Shown here: positions 1 to 11,400 of the stretch, piece after piece
How the letters are laid out: every line of letters begins with the position of its first letter
Position numbering within the stretch: the stretch's first letter is position 1
DNA from: Ascidiella aspersa
Taxonomy: Eukaryota
Assembly: GCA_963924565.1 (NCBI GenBank)
Contig: OZ004612.1
Coordinates: 26,846,001 to 26,910,000, forward strand
Direction of reading: 5' to 3'
DNA length: 64,000 bases
The notes under the pieces: generated by a model
What the model was told of the DNA's origin: nothing
The model's input: the letters and a program-made list of their open reading frames with translations, nothing else
Databases searched by the model: none
Position numbers and translations under genes: made by a program

Positions 1-93
1 CTTGTAGGATTTTAAAATGATTTACAACGCTGCTGGTGACTTATTAAAGAATAAAATAAATATAGAATATGTTTGGGGGCCATATTTACGAAC

Positions 94-243
94 TTGGATA
101 GCAGTTAGCGGCGGCGTAAGCCATAAAACCAAAGTGACAAGCCACGACCGCAGTTTTCGCTCCAACCTCTTGGATCACAACTGGAGTTCCATTCACTGTG
201 AATAAACCGCTCAACACATTAGCAGTGGCAGAGGCTGTCATTC
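94..243 (-). CDS. Exon of an inverted UNC-93-like paralog (equivalent to exon 2 of the + strand gene); the gene continues off the left edge and may be truncated or a pseudogene
   Basis: 150-bp exon bounded by cag| and |gttcgt. It encodes GMTASATANVLSGLFTVNGTPVVIQEVGAKTAVVACHFGFMAYAAANCYP, with the same length, phase and donor as 4119-4268 (GTAASATIYVVSSLFTLIGTPVVIKEVGAKTAIVACHFGYLANAIANFYP). Confidence 0.75.
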
Positions 244-1448
244 CTGCGATGCAACGTAATGATTCGCCATGTAAATTTACTCCAATCGATGACACTTATT
301 TAGTACCCCTGTGCTATTACCTCGCCTTAGTAGTTTTGTGGCTTATCGTTGGCGCATGACTTGCCTTTTTGGACTTACATTTCACGGTCAATTACGTCGG
401 ACAAGGGCAACCAGCCAGAGGTAGTTCGAGTAGTCATTACTGAGTAACACTACAAGGTTTACAAAAGCGACCAGGACTCGGCAACCTACACCCGCCAATG
501 TAATTCAATCGGCCCGCCGCTTCGCGCGAATGATCTTTGTACAACCCGTTTGTTTACGTTTTGATGCTGTCTTTTGAACTATAGATCTGCGCTCTTTACC
601 GTTGTGGCGAGGAAGGCTGAAATATTTTTTATTTTTGAAAATGTCATAAAAACTTGTTAGACACTTCAGCAAATAGAGAAACGGCTATAATATGTTTACA
701 TCTATTTAGTAGCCTATATTTGCGTTTTGATGTCATACAACCCAAGTGTATTACAGCTGTTTATCACGCAATATGCAAGGGAAGCAAAAACCGCACACGT
801 TTTCGAAATATGTTAAGAAGCAAAAGTAGTTCAATAGGTTTTAGAGTTTTATGACAGTTGATATTATGATAGGTACTTATCTAGTAAGAGTAAGGCAATT
901 GTGTTTTTGTTTGTTACAGGGGTCGGCAACCATTTTCTTGTCGCGGGCCAAAACCAAATTTAAAAAGGTCTCGGTGGGCCGTAGCATATTTCAACTGACA
1001 ATTTCGTTGTTCAAATATTTTTTAAAGAACTACTACGGAATAAGTCGATTATTAGGTTGGAATTTAAAAGACGCAATGGGTTCAAACAGAGTGCAATAAA
1101 ATTCAATTATAGTTTGTACTCAGTAGGCGCAACTTTTGTTAATCGACAGTACCATGGTATGAACGGTAGATCTTGGCTGAAATAAAACTGATGACTAAGT
1201 AAGATTCACGCTAACCGCAACATGTTTGAATTTGCGTAAGCCACCAACCTGCCCAGTTTGTAAAACATGCGTTTCCGGTGAGATGATTTATGCTGGCATA
1301 CCGCGGGCCGTACGTTGCCCAGTTTTACTACATACGCGTCAGATATACATATAAAGCTCCGCCGAATGAAATATTTACCTTAAAAAAACATTTTAAGATG
1401 ATATTAAACAGATTGCATGCAGTTATGACTTCAGGTTTTGGATATTCG

Positions 1449-1592
1449 CAGTGTTGTAATGACTTAAGTCAATGACTTGGACTGGGACTTGACTTGTTAT
1501 TTATTCAAAAACACTTGACTTGGTCTTAAGTTGTTTTACAAATTACTCAACTGGGATTTAAGTCAATTTAAAACGACTTGTTTACAACACTG
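1449..1592. mobile_element. hAT-type MITE (GACTT-rich family)
   Basis: TIR cagtgttgtaa/ttacaacactg; perfect 8-bp TSD gatattcg. Confidence 0.85.
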
Positions 1593-1989
1593 GATATTCG
1601 TATCCAATCGAAATGAAATACTCAATATTATTGATTTCCGATGATATCGGATCGGCAGCATACCCGATGCCAAGTTGTAGTATCGGTAGTCGTCCGATAC
1701 TATTGGGTGTTATCGGTGCCGTTCCGATACCAAATTAGCATAGAAAGTTTATCCTGGATTTGCGATCCAACCAGCGAATTTATCTTAAAACACAAATTTA
1801 TAAAATAATATTAGGTGAACAACTAGAGGTAACCAACCTTATATCGATTAAGAAATTTTTGTCAATTTAACCTTAAAAACATTAAGCCTGTCTAAAAATG
1901 TTTTTTCATTTATTTATATAATGAAAAGCAAAAAAGGTATAAAGTTTATATGTGAAACAAAGTTGCTTTTCTCAAGAAAAAACACTACA

Positions 1990-4900
1990 ATGGATGAATA
2001 CGCAGAGTCAGAAAAGCGAAGTCTTTTAATTCAGTACTTTGCCTTTATTTTGGGTGCAGCACTTACTTACGGATCGTATTCCAGCTTGATATTTTTCATG
2101 TCAAGCATCCATATAAAAAGCGGTGTTGGTAAGTACTAAGAAGCTATATTAATGTCCCAGCAACTGTTTCCATAGCCTAAATAATCTCAATGTAAAATTG
2201 ATAAATTTAAGTGAACTTTAGTTTGTAGTTAATTTACTTATTAATTATAGGATAGGGCAGTGTTTCTCAATCTTTTATGGCTATCGGCAGCCCTCAGAAA
2301 TATTAAATCGATTGCGGCAACCCTATAAGATATTTCCGTAGGTAATGTTACGTGCTTAATTAGCACTACAAAATTATCACCGGTTGCTAATTACGCCGAC
2401 TGTAAATTCTAACATTCATTATTAATTTAGCGCCTTGGTTTTTAAATGTAGGGCTAGGAATTAGGTTTTCGCATTTCGAGACATGTATAATCGTATTTTA
2501 ATGTAATATTCTTGTGCGCTGTGGTGTTCGCCGTTAATTGGACTTTAGACATGTTTTTTCCTGTCTCCAAACATTTCTGCAAATCTCACAATCATTTATC
2601 GCTTGTTTTCCGGCGCCGTTTAACTTCTCACTAAAAGGTCCGCCCAATGTTATCTTTCCACGAAACGGCCGCCCTGTAAGGCGGGCCTGGGGTTTCCGGG
2701 AGCGCGTCGGTTCCCGTGAAAAGGAGTTTTGTTTTAGCGTATATTACGAGCGGCTCACCGCCTACAGCGAAGATAGACGTCTGGGTGTAGCCTTGTGAAA
2801 TTAGCGAGTAAAACCTTAAGCTTCATTATGCTCTGTCTGTCGCTTTTGTAAGTAATTGTGTGTGTCTAAGTGTCATTATTGTTTGTGGTGTGGTAATATT
2901 CTACTCTTGCAACCAATACATCTGTACATTGGGTTTTCTTGCTGTGGTCTTTAATATAAGTTCTCTTTGGTAGGTTATTTATTGCCCGAAAATAAGAACT
3001 CACAGCGACTTAACAGGAGGCCTAGGTAAATTTCTAGAATTACTAGTAAAGTCGTAACACGTAATACACTAGAATGACACAATAAACGGAACTATGGAAC
3101 AACACACATCAACTCAAAACCACGTATAAAGTTATAATTTGATTTTTTCCACTCTAATCTTACACAATAATTTGTAAGAGTTGAGCAAAAATCATATTCT
3201 TGAAGATAGCCAAATATGTCGCGGCACCTTTGATGATTAGAAATGGCACACTAGGGTGCCGCGGCACCCCGGGTGAGAACCGCTGGGTTAGGGCCTACTA
3301 CTGTGATCGTCCATCCCTTTTAAATATACAAAAATTACATAACTTTAAAATGTTTATTTCATATGTTTGTCGGACTTGGGTTTTTTATGTTGTTATTGCG
3401 TCATTTATAAATAAGTCAAAGCCGAGTCAATTTAAACCAGGAGCGGGCAACTTCTCGATATGGAAAAATGAAAAACTTTGCGGGCTGGATTCCTGATCGA
3501 TATTTTAGTTGTACTGCCAGAGTCTACATCCTTTGTCGCATATTGGCAGCTATTGTTGTACTCTTCTTTCATTGCACAGCAGACCTACTGCTTTCTTGCC
3601 TACTTGAGTGAAAACGTACTTGGGCATTCAATCCTTGTTAAATTCGTGACACTCCTTGTCAACTTTACGTTTTTAGGCAAAATCCTTAGGAAAATATTTA
3701 TAGTAAATTCTAAATCTAATTTAAACGTTTAGCCCAAATTAAAAAATCACAAAGAAAATAAAGAAGTAAAGAATATTTAACAGTCACCCGTTCTGGCCGG
3801 CGGGCCGTATGTTGCCCGACCCTGATTTAAACAAATGTAATAACCTAGACATTATCATAGAAAGCCAAACGCAAGTAACAGCATTGGAATGTATATGTTA
3901 ACTTACAATAACAGATTTCATTCTTACCAATATGTGTGAACTCTTTCACAAGTTAATTTACGACGTTTATAATATACTTTAATGTTTTTGTCCTTCAAAG
4001 ACACATTATTATTATTATAATTAATTACTGGTGAGGCAATAAGGGAGTGTACAAGTAGCCTTTAATGTGATATATTGTAATCAAATTGGAAGATACTTAT
4101 AAATAAACTGTATTTAAGGAACCGCAGCATCTGCAACAATATACGTGGTGAGCAGTTTATTCACATTGATTGGAACTCCAGTTGTGATAAAAGAGGTTGG
4201 AGCGAAAACTGCGATCGTGGCTTGTCACTTTGGATATCTTGCTAACGCCATCGCTAACTTCTATCCAGGTTCGTATTTATAATTCCTTACGAAGGCTTAC
4301 GTTTATCTGTAAAGCATACACCACCTAATTTTCCCATTTGTTTTGTTGCAGGGTTTTACACGTTGATTCCAGCAGCTTTTTTGGCTGGTGCGGGTGAAGC
4401 GGTGATGTTGCCCTTGATGTGTGACTTTAGCGTTCATTTCGCAAGATGCTACTCCCGATTGCAAAACAAGCACCGAGATTACTACCAGGCAAAGTTCTTG
4501 GGCTGGATGTGGTTTGTATACAAAATGGCCGTGGTAAAACATACTCTTAACAATTTTTCGAACTTGCAAAATTAAGTGATACACTATAAACTAACATTAC
4601 ATTGCCAGGTTATATGTAACCTTATCAACTATGGAATCTTGTTCGCGGGGAAAGTCCCTGATGCGAGCGTTGGGTTCAACGACACTCGGTCGCAGCGTTT
4701 ACTGCGCGTCTGCGGTATCAACGACTGCCAGGATTCGAACTTTACCGCCCTGAACATCGATCAGTACGCACCTGACCCGCGCACCACTTACATCGTTATC
4801 GGCGTCATCGTGGCTTTGACGCTAGGCGGCGCTATTGATCACGGCTTGGTTTTAAAACAACTTGATCGAAGTCTGGAAACAAAACCATGCTTGAAAAAAA

Positions 4901-6940
4901 GTAAGTTGTCGATTATTGCCGTAGTCTAATATTGGAATTATGATTTGTGATATGGTACATGTTTTTCTTGGATCACCAGTGTTAATTTGGCAGATTTAAA
5001 AATATGAGCAAACGTTGTATAGTTTGAGCTTTTGCAACATTTTCTCCAACTCACTAGAAAGTCGATCATTGAGCGCGGATTCTTTTCGGGACAACATGTT
5101 GCTTAAGTCTGATCCCATTTCATGTGAAGACAATCAAGCAACTGCCGAAATATCTGAAACAAATACAGTACGTTTAATTTCAAACAGATGTAAAAAGGGA
5201 AGATATTAGTAATCGAAATACAATAAACAAATTTACTTAGGTTTTTAAATGTACGTTTCGAAATCCAATAAATTAAGACGTGTAATCATCTAGTTTACAA
5301 CATTTCAGATATCATAAGTGCCGGAAATTAAATAATTGATTCAGACTTGTGTCCAAACTTTTCAGCTGAATCTGCAAATGCATTAACTCACGTTTTTGAA
5401 TATACCTTTGTAGACTGAAAGTTTTATGACGAAAGTGTTAAAATTCCTTCGATTGATTTTCAAAACGTTCAAGTCTACTCTGCGTCTCTTAATCCAACCT
5501 CGTCAGTTGCTCATCACACCTTTGGCCATCTTAAGCGGATTACTTCCAGGTTTTGTCTTTTCCGAACTTACAAGAGCTTTTGCATCCTGCTTACTTGGAG
5601 TAGACAAGGTAATTTTAGTCGGCTAATTTGGTGTGTTTAATTGAGACGGGGTAAAGTTTAACTTTTTTTAAATTTAATTGTTCACAATTATTTTAGTTTA
5701 AATCGCAATTTTATCTCAAAGGAATGAAAATGTCGAATATTCCTCATGCAATTTTTATATAGTAAAATGAAAGGCTATGCTTTTCAGACTGTAAAAAGAC
5801 ACTCGCAAGTCATTTCCACTAATGTAAATTCTTTGTTTTGACTGAGAAAATAAAATGCCGTAGAACAAAGTAGCATTTTTGGTAAAATCCGAATTGAAAT
5901 AGACGACAGAAGCAATTCTGAAATTACATTGGAATTATAACTAGACACACTTTGCTCTAATATGTTGAACTACAAAACCAAAATTAGCTTGTTCCAAGTC
6001 TGTCTATAACACAATTTGAAAAATATTCATAATATTTGTAATGCCTGTCTTGTCTCTCAAATATACTGTTGTTAGGTTGGACTTTCTGCAGGCTTATACA
6101 ACATGGTTGTTGCTCTTGGCTGTCTTATAACGGGCAAACTCATATCGAGGTTCGGACGAATCAAACCCCAGATATTCTCCGTTGCTTTATGCCTCATCAT
6201 CTACACTTTACTATTGACCTGGACGCCGACTGCTGGCAACACCTGGATGGTTTATTGCTTTTTTGCTTTATTTGGTGTGGCCGATTCTATAAGAAACGTC
6301 GCAACAACAGGTTTGGAATAATGGGGTGGACAACATTGCGTCGATTTCAAAATCCATCTTAGTGTTTGATCATAATTGAGTCATTGTAGTTTGAATCCAT
6401 CTTAGTGTTTGATCATATTTGAGTCATTGTAGTTTAAATTCATCTTAGTGTTTTTTATCATTTTTAAATCGGTCTACGTGTTTCTTTACATGAAGATTTA
6501 TACGCCGCCTTCTTTTCAAACGACCAAGATACAGCTTACTCGTTATGGTCGCTATGGTATTTCCTCGGATATGCAATCCAGTTTGCTTGGAGCACCAGCA
6601 TTTGTGTACGGGAGAAGATCTACATTCAAATCGCGCTTCTACTATTTGCAACTGCTTGCTACCGTAAGTAAAATGACCCAGTGGAATTTGGCCTTAAAAT
6701 GCACATACCGGTACGCTTGATTTATGCACAATGTTAGGCTTATCACATCTATATAATGTTACCATAAATAATAACTTAATAACTAAGTAAAAATAACCTT
6801 TATAATAATAGTTGCTTTGACATAATAAACAACGTTAACTTTAAGCTTTCTTTTTTGCAGTGTATGCGGAATTCCGAAAGAAAAGAAACATAAGCGGAAA
6901 ATTGAAATCCACAAAAGCTCAAACTGGAGTCAACACTTGA
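1990..6940 (+). CDS. UNC-93-like (UNC93A-family) MFS membrane protein, 9 exons, ~516 aa
   Basis: join(1990..2128,4119..4268,4352..4533,4609..4900,5058..5167,5414..5608,6076..6310,6496..6663,6861..6940). All introns are GT-AG, phases are consistent, total 1551 nt ending TGA. Family hallmarks: ANFYPGFYTLIPAAFLAGAG, lumenal CGINDC motif, SELTRAFASCLLGV, DLYAAFFSNDQDTAYSLWSLWYFLGYAIQFAWSTSICVREKIYI, and many hydrophobic segments. Confidence 0.88.
2258..3285. mobile_element. Non-autonomous hAT-type element in UNC-93-like intron 1
   Basis: Ends cagtgtttctca / tgagaaccgctg; TSD ggataggg/ggttaggg; gcggcacc subterminal repeats. Related ends at ~47110-47349 and ~59355-59596. Confidence 0.7.
2648..3015 (+). 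mobile_element. Possible solo LTR nested in the hAT element
   Basis: 368 bp bounded by TGTTA...TAACA, with a GC-rich 5' part and an AATACA signal. No TSD match. Confidence 0.35.
3438..3824. mobile_element. hAT-type MITE
   Basis: Ends caggagcgggcaac / gttgcccgaccctg; perfect TSD atttaaac. Related pieces at ~472-520 and 917-1325. Confidence 0.8.
6351..6450. repeat. 43-bp tandem repeat, ~2.3 copies, in UNC-93-like intron 7
   Basis: aatccatcttagtgtttgatcataattgagtcattgtagtttg at 6351 and 6394, partial at 6437. Confidence 0.85.
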
Positions 6941-6956
6941 GAACTGAATGGTTCAT

Positions 6957-6962
6957 AATAAA
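6957..6962 (+). terminator. Putative polyadenylation signal of the UNC-93-like gene
   Basis: AATAAA 16 nt downstream of the TGA at 6940. Confidence 0.5.
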
Positions 6963-7489
6963 CTTGCCATTTTAGGTGACATAAACTTAATCTTTGCAAA
7001 TACATGTGTTTGGGGTTTCTGTTCACATAGTTGCAAGTTGTTTTGCGATATAATAAATTTGTATATGTTTTACCTACATGTATATTTTTTTGTGGAGAAG
7101 GGAAGGTGACTTTTACATATGCAAAGATGGTCAGGCTGCCCATAAAGTCACCATCGAAGCAGACATGTGAACAGCCTAAAAAGTGATTTTAATCGTATGA
7201 TTCCAGACGAATTAAGAAAGATCTTAAATTCGATTACAAATCAAATCTCGAGATTTCTACCAGGCAAAGTTCCTGGGCTCTCGAAGGTTTTCATTAACTG
7301 AAGTCATTAAAACACTGCTGGCAGGCGTACTGTATATCCTCCCCCTGCACAGAAATCTTTTTCATGACGTAAACTGCATCAAACACGAAGATTCGTTACA
7401 TTTGGCTCATACGACTAAACTACTAACGCTGTTTGTCGTTTTTTTTTATTCCTTACTTTTAACTGGTCTTGTCAAACAGGCGTACGGCC

Positions 7490-7862
7490 TGTCTCAAGTT
7501 CAAGTCATGTTCATACAAAAAACAACTTAAACAAGTAATTTTCCATACATACCTAGTAAAGTCTCAGTCCAAGTCGATGCTACAACAAGCCTAATGCAAG
7601 TCAACAAGTCATTGCCGTTAAAAAGCGAAGGTTAAAACTATACAAGCAACAAAGAAAATGATTTACGCCTGAATATCAATGTGTGAATAACACACTTTTC
7701 AAGATTTTTTTTAACTACTTAAGATTAATGTAGTCATTTGCCTAAATGACTTAACACCAAGTCAAGTCGTTGGCCAAATGACTTGTAATTTGGTTTAAGA
7801 TACTTAAGTTAGGTCAAGTTATTTAAAAGTAGTGACTTAAGTCAAGTCATTGTGCAACACTC
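7490..7862. mobile_element. Degenerate GACTT-rich MITE copy
   Basis: Multiple aagtcaagtc/gacttaag motifs, ending gcaacact; left end uncertain. Confidence 0.5.
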
Positions 7863-8184
7863 CTATCTATTATTGTGCGTAAACTGCTCTCCAACATCTA
7901 TTCACCGATAATTCGACAAGTAATTTTGCTTTGTGAAAATTTTAAGTACCTTCGCGTTTTGCGCTTCACTCTAGTCTAAAATATCAGCCACCTCAAGGAA
8001 AAAGTACGAATTTTATAAATTTAAACGTATTTTCTATTGGCAAAGCAAAATCCCAATTAGCACATATACAAAAATTTAAAGAAAAAACACCCAGAAAGCA
8101 GTGTTTTTCATCACTTACAGCACAAAAACTCCATCATGGAAATAAGGCAGTGTTAACACGATGTCATAAGGAGCCATCATAATT

Positions 8185-8276
8185 ATGACGTCATCAAACA
8201 TTGAATAAATGACGTCATCAAACATTGAGTATATGACGTCATCAAACATTGAGTATATGACGTCATCAAACACTGA
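8185..8276. repeat. 24-bp minisatellite x4 with a TGACGTCA core, downstream of the Nup155 stop (3' UTR region)
   Basis: atgacgtcatcaaacattgagtat-type units at 8185, 8209, 8233 and 8257. Confidence 0.9.
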
Positions 8277-8425
8277 ACTCACGTCAGATGCAACAAAGTT
8301 GTCATCAGAATAGCGTGAAAAAACTCACGTCAGCACTCAAGAAAGGATGACCTCACAAACTTCCGCAGCCGTGACGTAACAAACGTTCGGGTTCGTCGGA
8401 GTGACGTCACAATGATGACGAGGCT

Positions 8426-11400
8426 TCATCCTGGTCCGCGTTCTTGCATTGCTTCCAAGCTGGCCTGTGACCTTCTCAGCTGGGCGATCAAGTGACGTAG
8501 TTGCTCGTTCGGTGACGTCACAGACCTGAGCTCGACCAGATGGAGCGCCAGAGAGTCGAGGGAACGGTTGAGCAAAGTTCGTCTATTTGTTGGTTTGAGT
8601 AAGGGGGTTTATTACTTGAGGTAACACACTTGATAAAATACGAATCCTATAGTGCAGGGGTTCTTAACCAGGTGTACGTGTACCCCTTGGTGGTACGAAG
8701 CACCTAAGCACGGGTACGACATACAGTGTGAAAATATGCGCGATTTAGGCATAATTGTGTATTTAGGCATATAAGAATGCGTGATTTACGAAAAGCAACA
8801 ACAAAAAAGCCATTAGTAAATTGAGTGATTGTTTGTGTGTTGTAAATATTGTTGAACTTACAAGACTGTATTTAATGCATGCATTCAACACGTAAATTAT
8901 AAGTACACTGTGTTTAATTCCTATTACTACAATTTTATTTACTTCCGTCGGCCATTGTAGACAGGGGGTGAGAAAATTTCATGAAAGCTCAAAGGGTACG
9001 AGCGCTTAAAAGGTTAAGAAACTCTGTTATGGTGTGTTAGGCGATAAAGGAATTTTGATTTAAAATACTAAACAGATATATATGTTTTTGGAGTTTTTTT
9101 AGCGGTGGAATGTTACAGTCTCGGGACCATTTTTAAAGCCACTAACATTTTTGCTTTGATTTTTAGCCTAAACAAACTTTATTAATGTACCTAAAACTCC
9201 TCGAAAAACTATATTTTTTGCTGAGATATGCTACAAAGTACAGTAGTTGTTTTAGGGTGATTTAGTTGTCAGCTACACTTTCCAAATTAAGAACAGCCGC
9301 TGAATAACTCGATAGTAACACTATTTTTAAATTGTCAGTCACATTAACTGAAGATGACGCAAGTTCGTATCGAAACGTCTCAATCAAGATGATGTCGATA
9401 TACTCGACCTTTTTGGCTTTGCAATTCATTATCAAGCTAGTTTTAGTTAAGTTTATTTTATTTTTTGTTTTTGTTTTGCGTTCCACCTCTTATAGCGGAG
9501 GTCTGAATAGCTCGACCTTTTTTTGGCGTTGAAATTTGATTCCCACCTTTTAATAAGTGATGCTTCGATTTACTTCTTAGTCACATTAAATGAAGATGAT
9601 GTCGATCTACTCGATCTTTTTGGCTTTGAAACTCAGAATCAAGCTACATTACAGATCCGTGCATAGTATTTCTTAATTTTACGCACCTTTGATGTCCAGA
9701 TTGAACATACTTAAGCGGGTCGTCAAGAAACACGGACAGCATTTCGTTGATGACGTAGATCAGGTGATGGGGATTCCCAAAACTTCCCCAGCACGGCAAC
9801 TGTGGCGTCATAAAGAGGTTTTGAAGCAGGTCATTAGCGTCAAAAGCCGACACAATGTGGAATAAGTGTATTAAGCAGTTTTAATAATTTGTAAAATTGT
9901 TCTTCCGGAAAATCTTTTTTACTGAACGCGTTCTTCGAATTGAGCATTATTCAGCATTTCACAATGTACGAAAACGATTTTCAGCTTTTGTGGAAAATAA
10001 TTTGTCAAAAAACAACCAGCAAATTTTTCCATGTCAGTGGAGGCTATAGCTGTACATGAAATCGCCAACGGCATAAAAAGTATATTTTTATCCGCACTCA
10101 TTTAACACATAACTTAAGGCTTCACATAAAAACAATTTAAAGAGTTTAAAAAAACGCAGTTCAGTCAATTACGCTACAACTATTGCAAAACTTGGATACT
10201 TGTAACATTTGTAAAATTGAAAACAGCTGTTAATCAATTAAATATGTTTCCCAAGCTAACTTAAAAAGCAAATGTAGTTACAGGAATATAATATGTATAC
10301 AACAGACGAACTAAAATGTATCTCATTAACTATATGTTTTTCGTTAGCTGAACTATTTGATTTGATTGTCATAAAAAATAAGACCAACTGTCTGAAAAAA
10401 AAAACCACATAATAAACAAACAACGGTGCCAATACCAGCCAGAGTTTACCAAATTAACAAGAAACAGTTAAAGTTTACCTTTTGGGCGTGAATGGCGCCG
10501 TACTGAGCGAGAAGTTCGGAGATTGGGACTCCGATTTCGAGCATTGCGCTGAAAGTCCAGTTCAAATCCCATCCGCGTCCACACGAGATCTTCTCCAGAA
10601 ACGTAACCAGGAAATCTGGCAAAGACGAAAGCAGAATGTACGGCGGGAATATTAGAATATAACAAGTAAAAAAACTCATAGTTAAAAACATGAGTAAAAA
10701 CAGGATCAGACGTTTTGTTTAAAAGGAAAATAAATTCGCCAAGTGGCATCGTCAGTTCCTTAATTCGAATGAATCTAAAACCTGCCGCCGATGGTTTTGG
10801 ATTCTATAAAGATACATCCTATTGTATGGCAATACATACATATTCGAGTGCGCGTTACATATACATCGCAATAAAAAGCACGCGTTACCATAAATTGCAC
10901 TACCATGTATACAAGTCTGTAAAGTAGTGAGAGATGTTCTTCTCCTTCCACGGCCGCCAGCTCAGCTCGCAGACGCGCTGTTGCAGAGATTATTAATTTG
11001 ATCGCGACTTGCGCTCTCTGCTTGATCTTCGGGCTACGGTTTTCAGGTGCTCAGCCCACAAGCACCGCGCGTACAGTGCTTAGCCGGGAGTTGAGCCCCG
11101 GATCTAAGGATTGCTGGACAGTGGCGCTAACCAATTCGCCAACGCGCCCGCGTGGCAATATAAAGTTTGTATGTAAGGCTGGTGCTCTGTGGTTTATTCA
11201 CACAGACTACTACAGGGTTGGCACACAATTTTTTTTGACATTTCCAAGGAGATTTGATTTGTAGGTTTTCAAAATACCTAAAATTCGATCACTCGACGTT
11301 TTTTAAATACAATTCGAAAACAAACAGTATAAATGTCATGCAACACAATTACATTTTTTGCAATTGTTTTTTGAAACTGCACTTTCAAAACACATAAAAG

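Noticed and set aside
379-449. Candidate coding exon 1 for the inverted UNC-93-like copy
   Set aside because: Good donor, but its ATG frame is phase 2 and hits a stop in the next exon; the phase-1 frame contains TAA; no homology to exon 1.
8185-8276. Regular repeat resembling a CRISPR array
   Set aside because: No unique spacers, eukaryotic context and no cas genes; it is a minisatellite.
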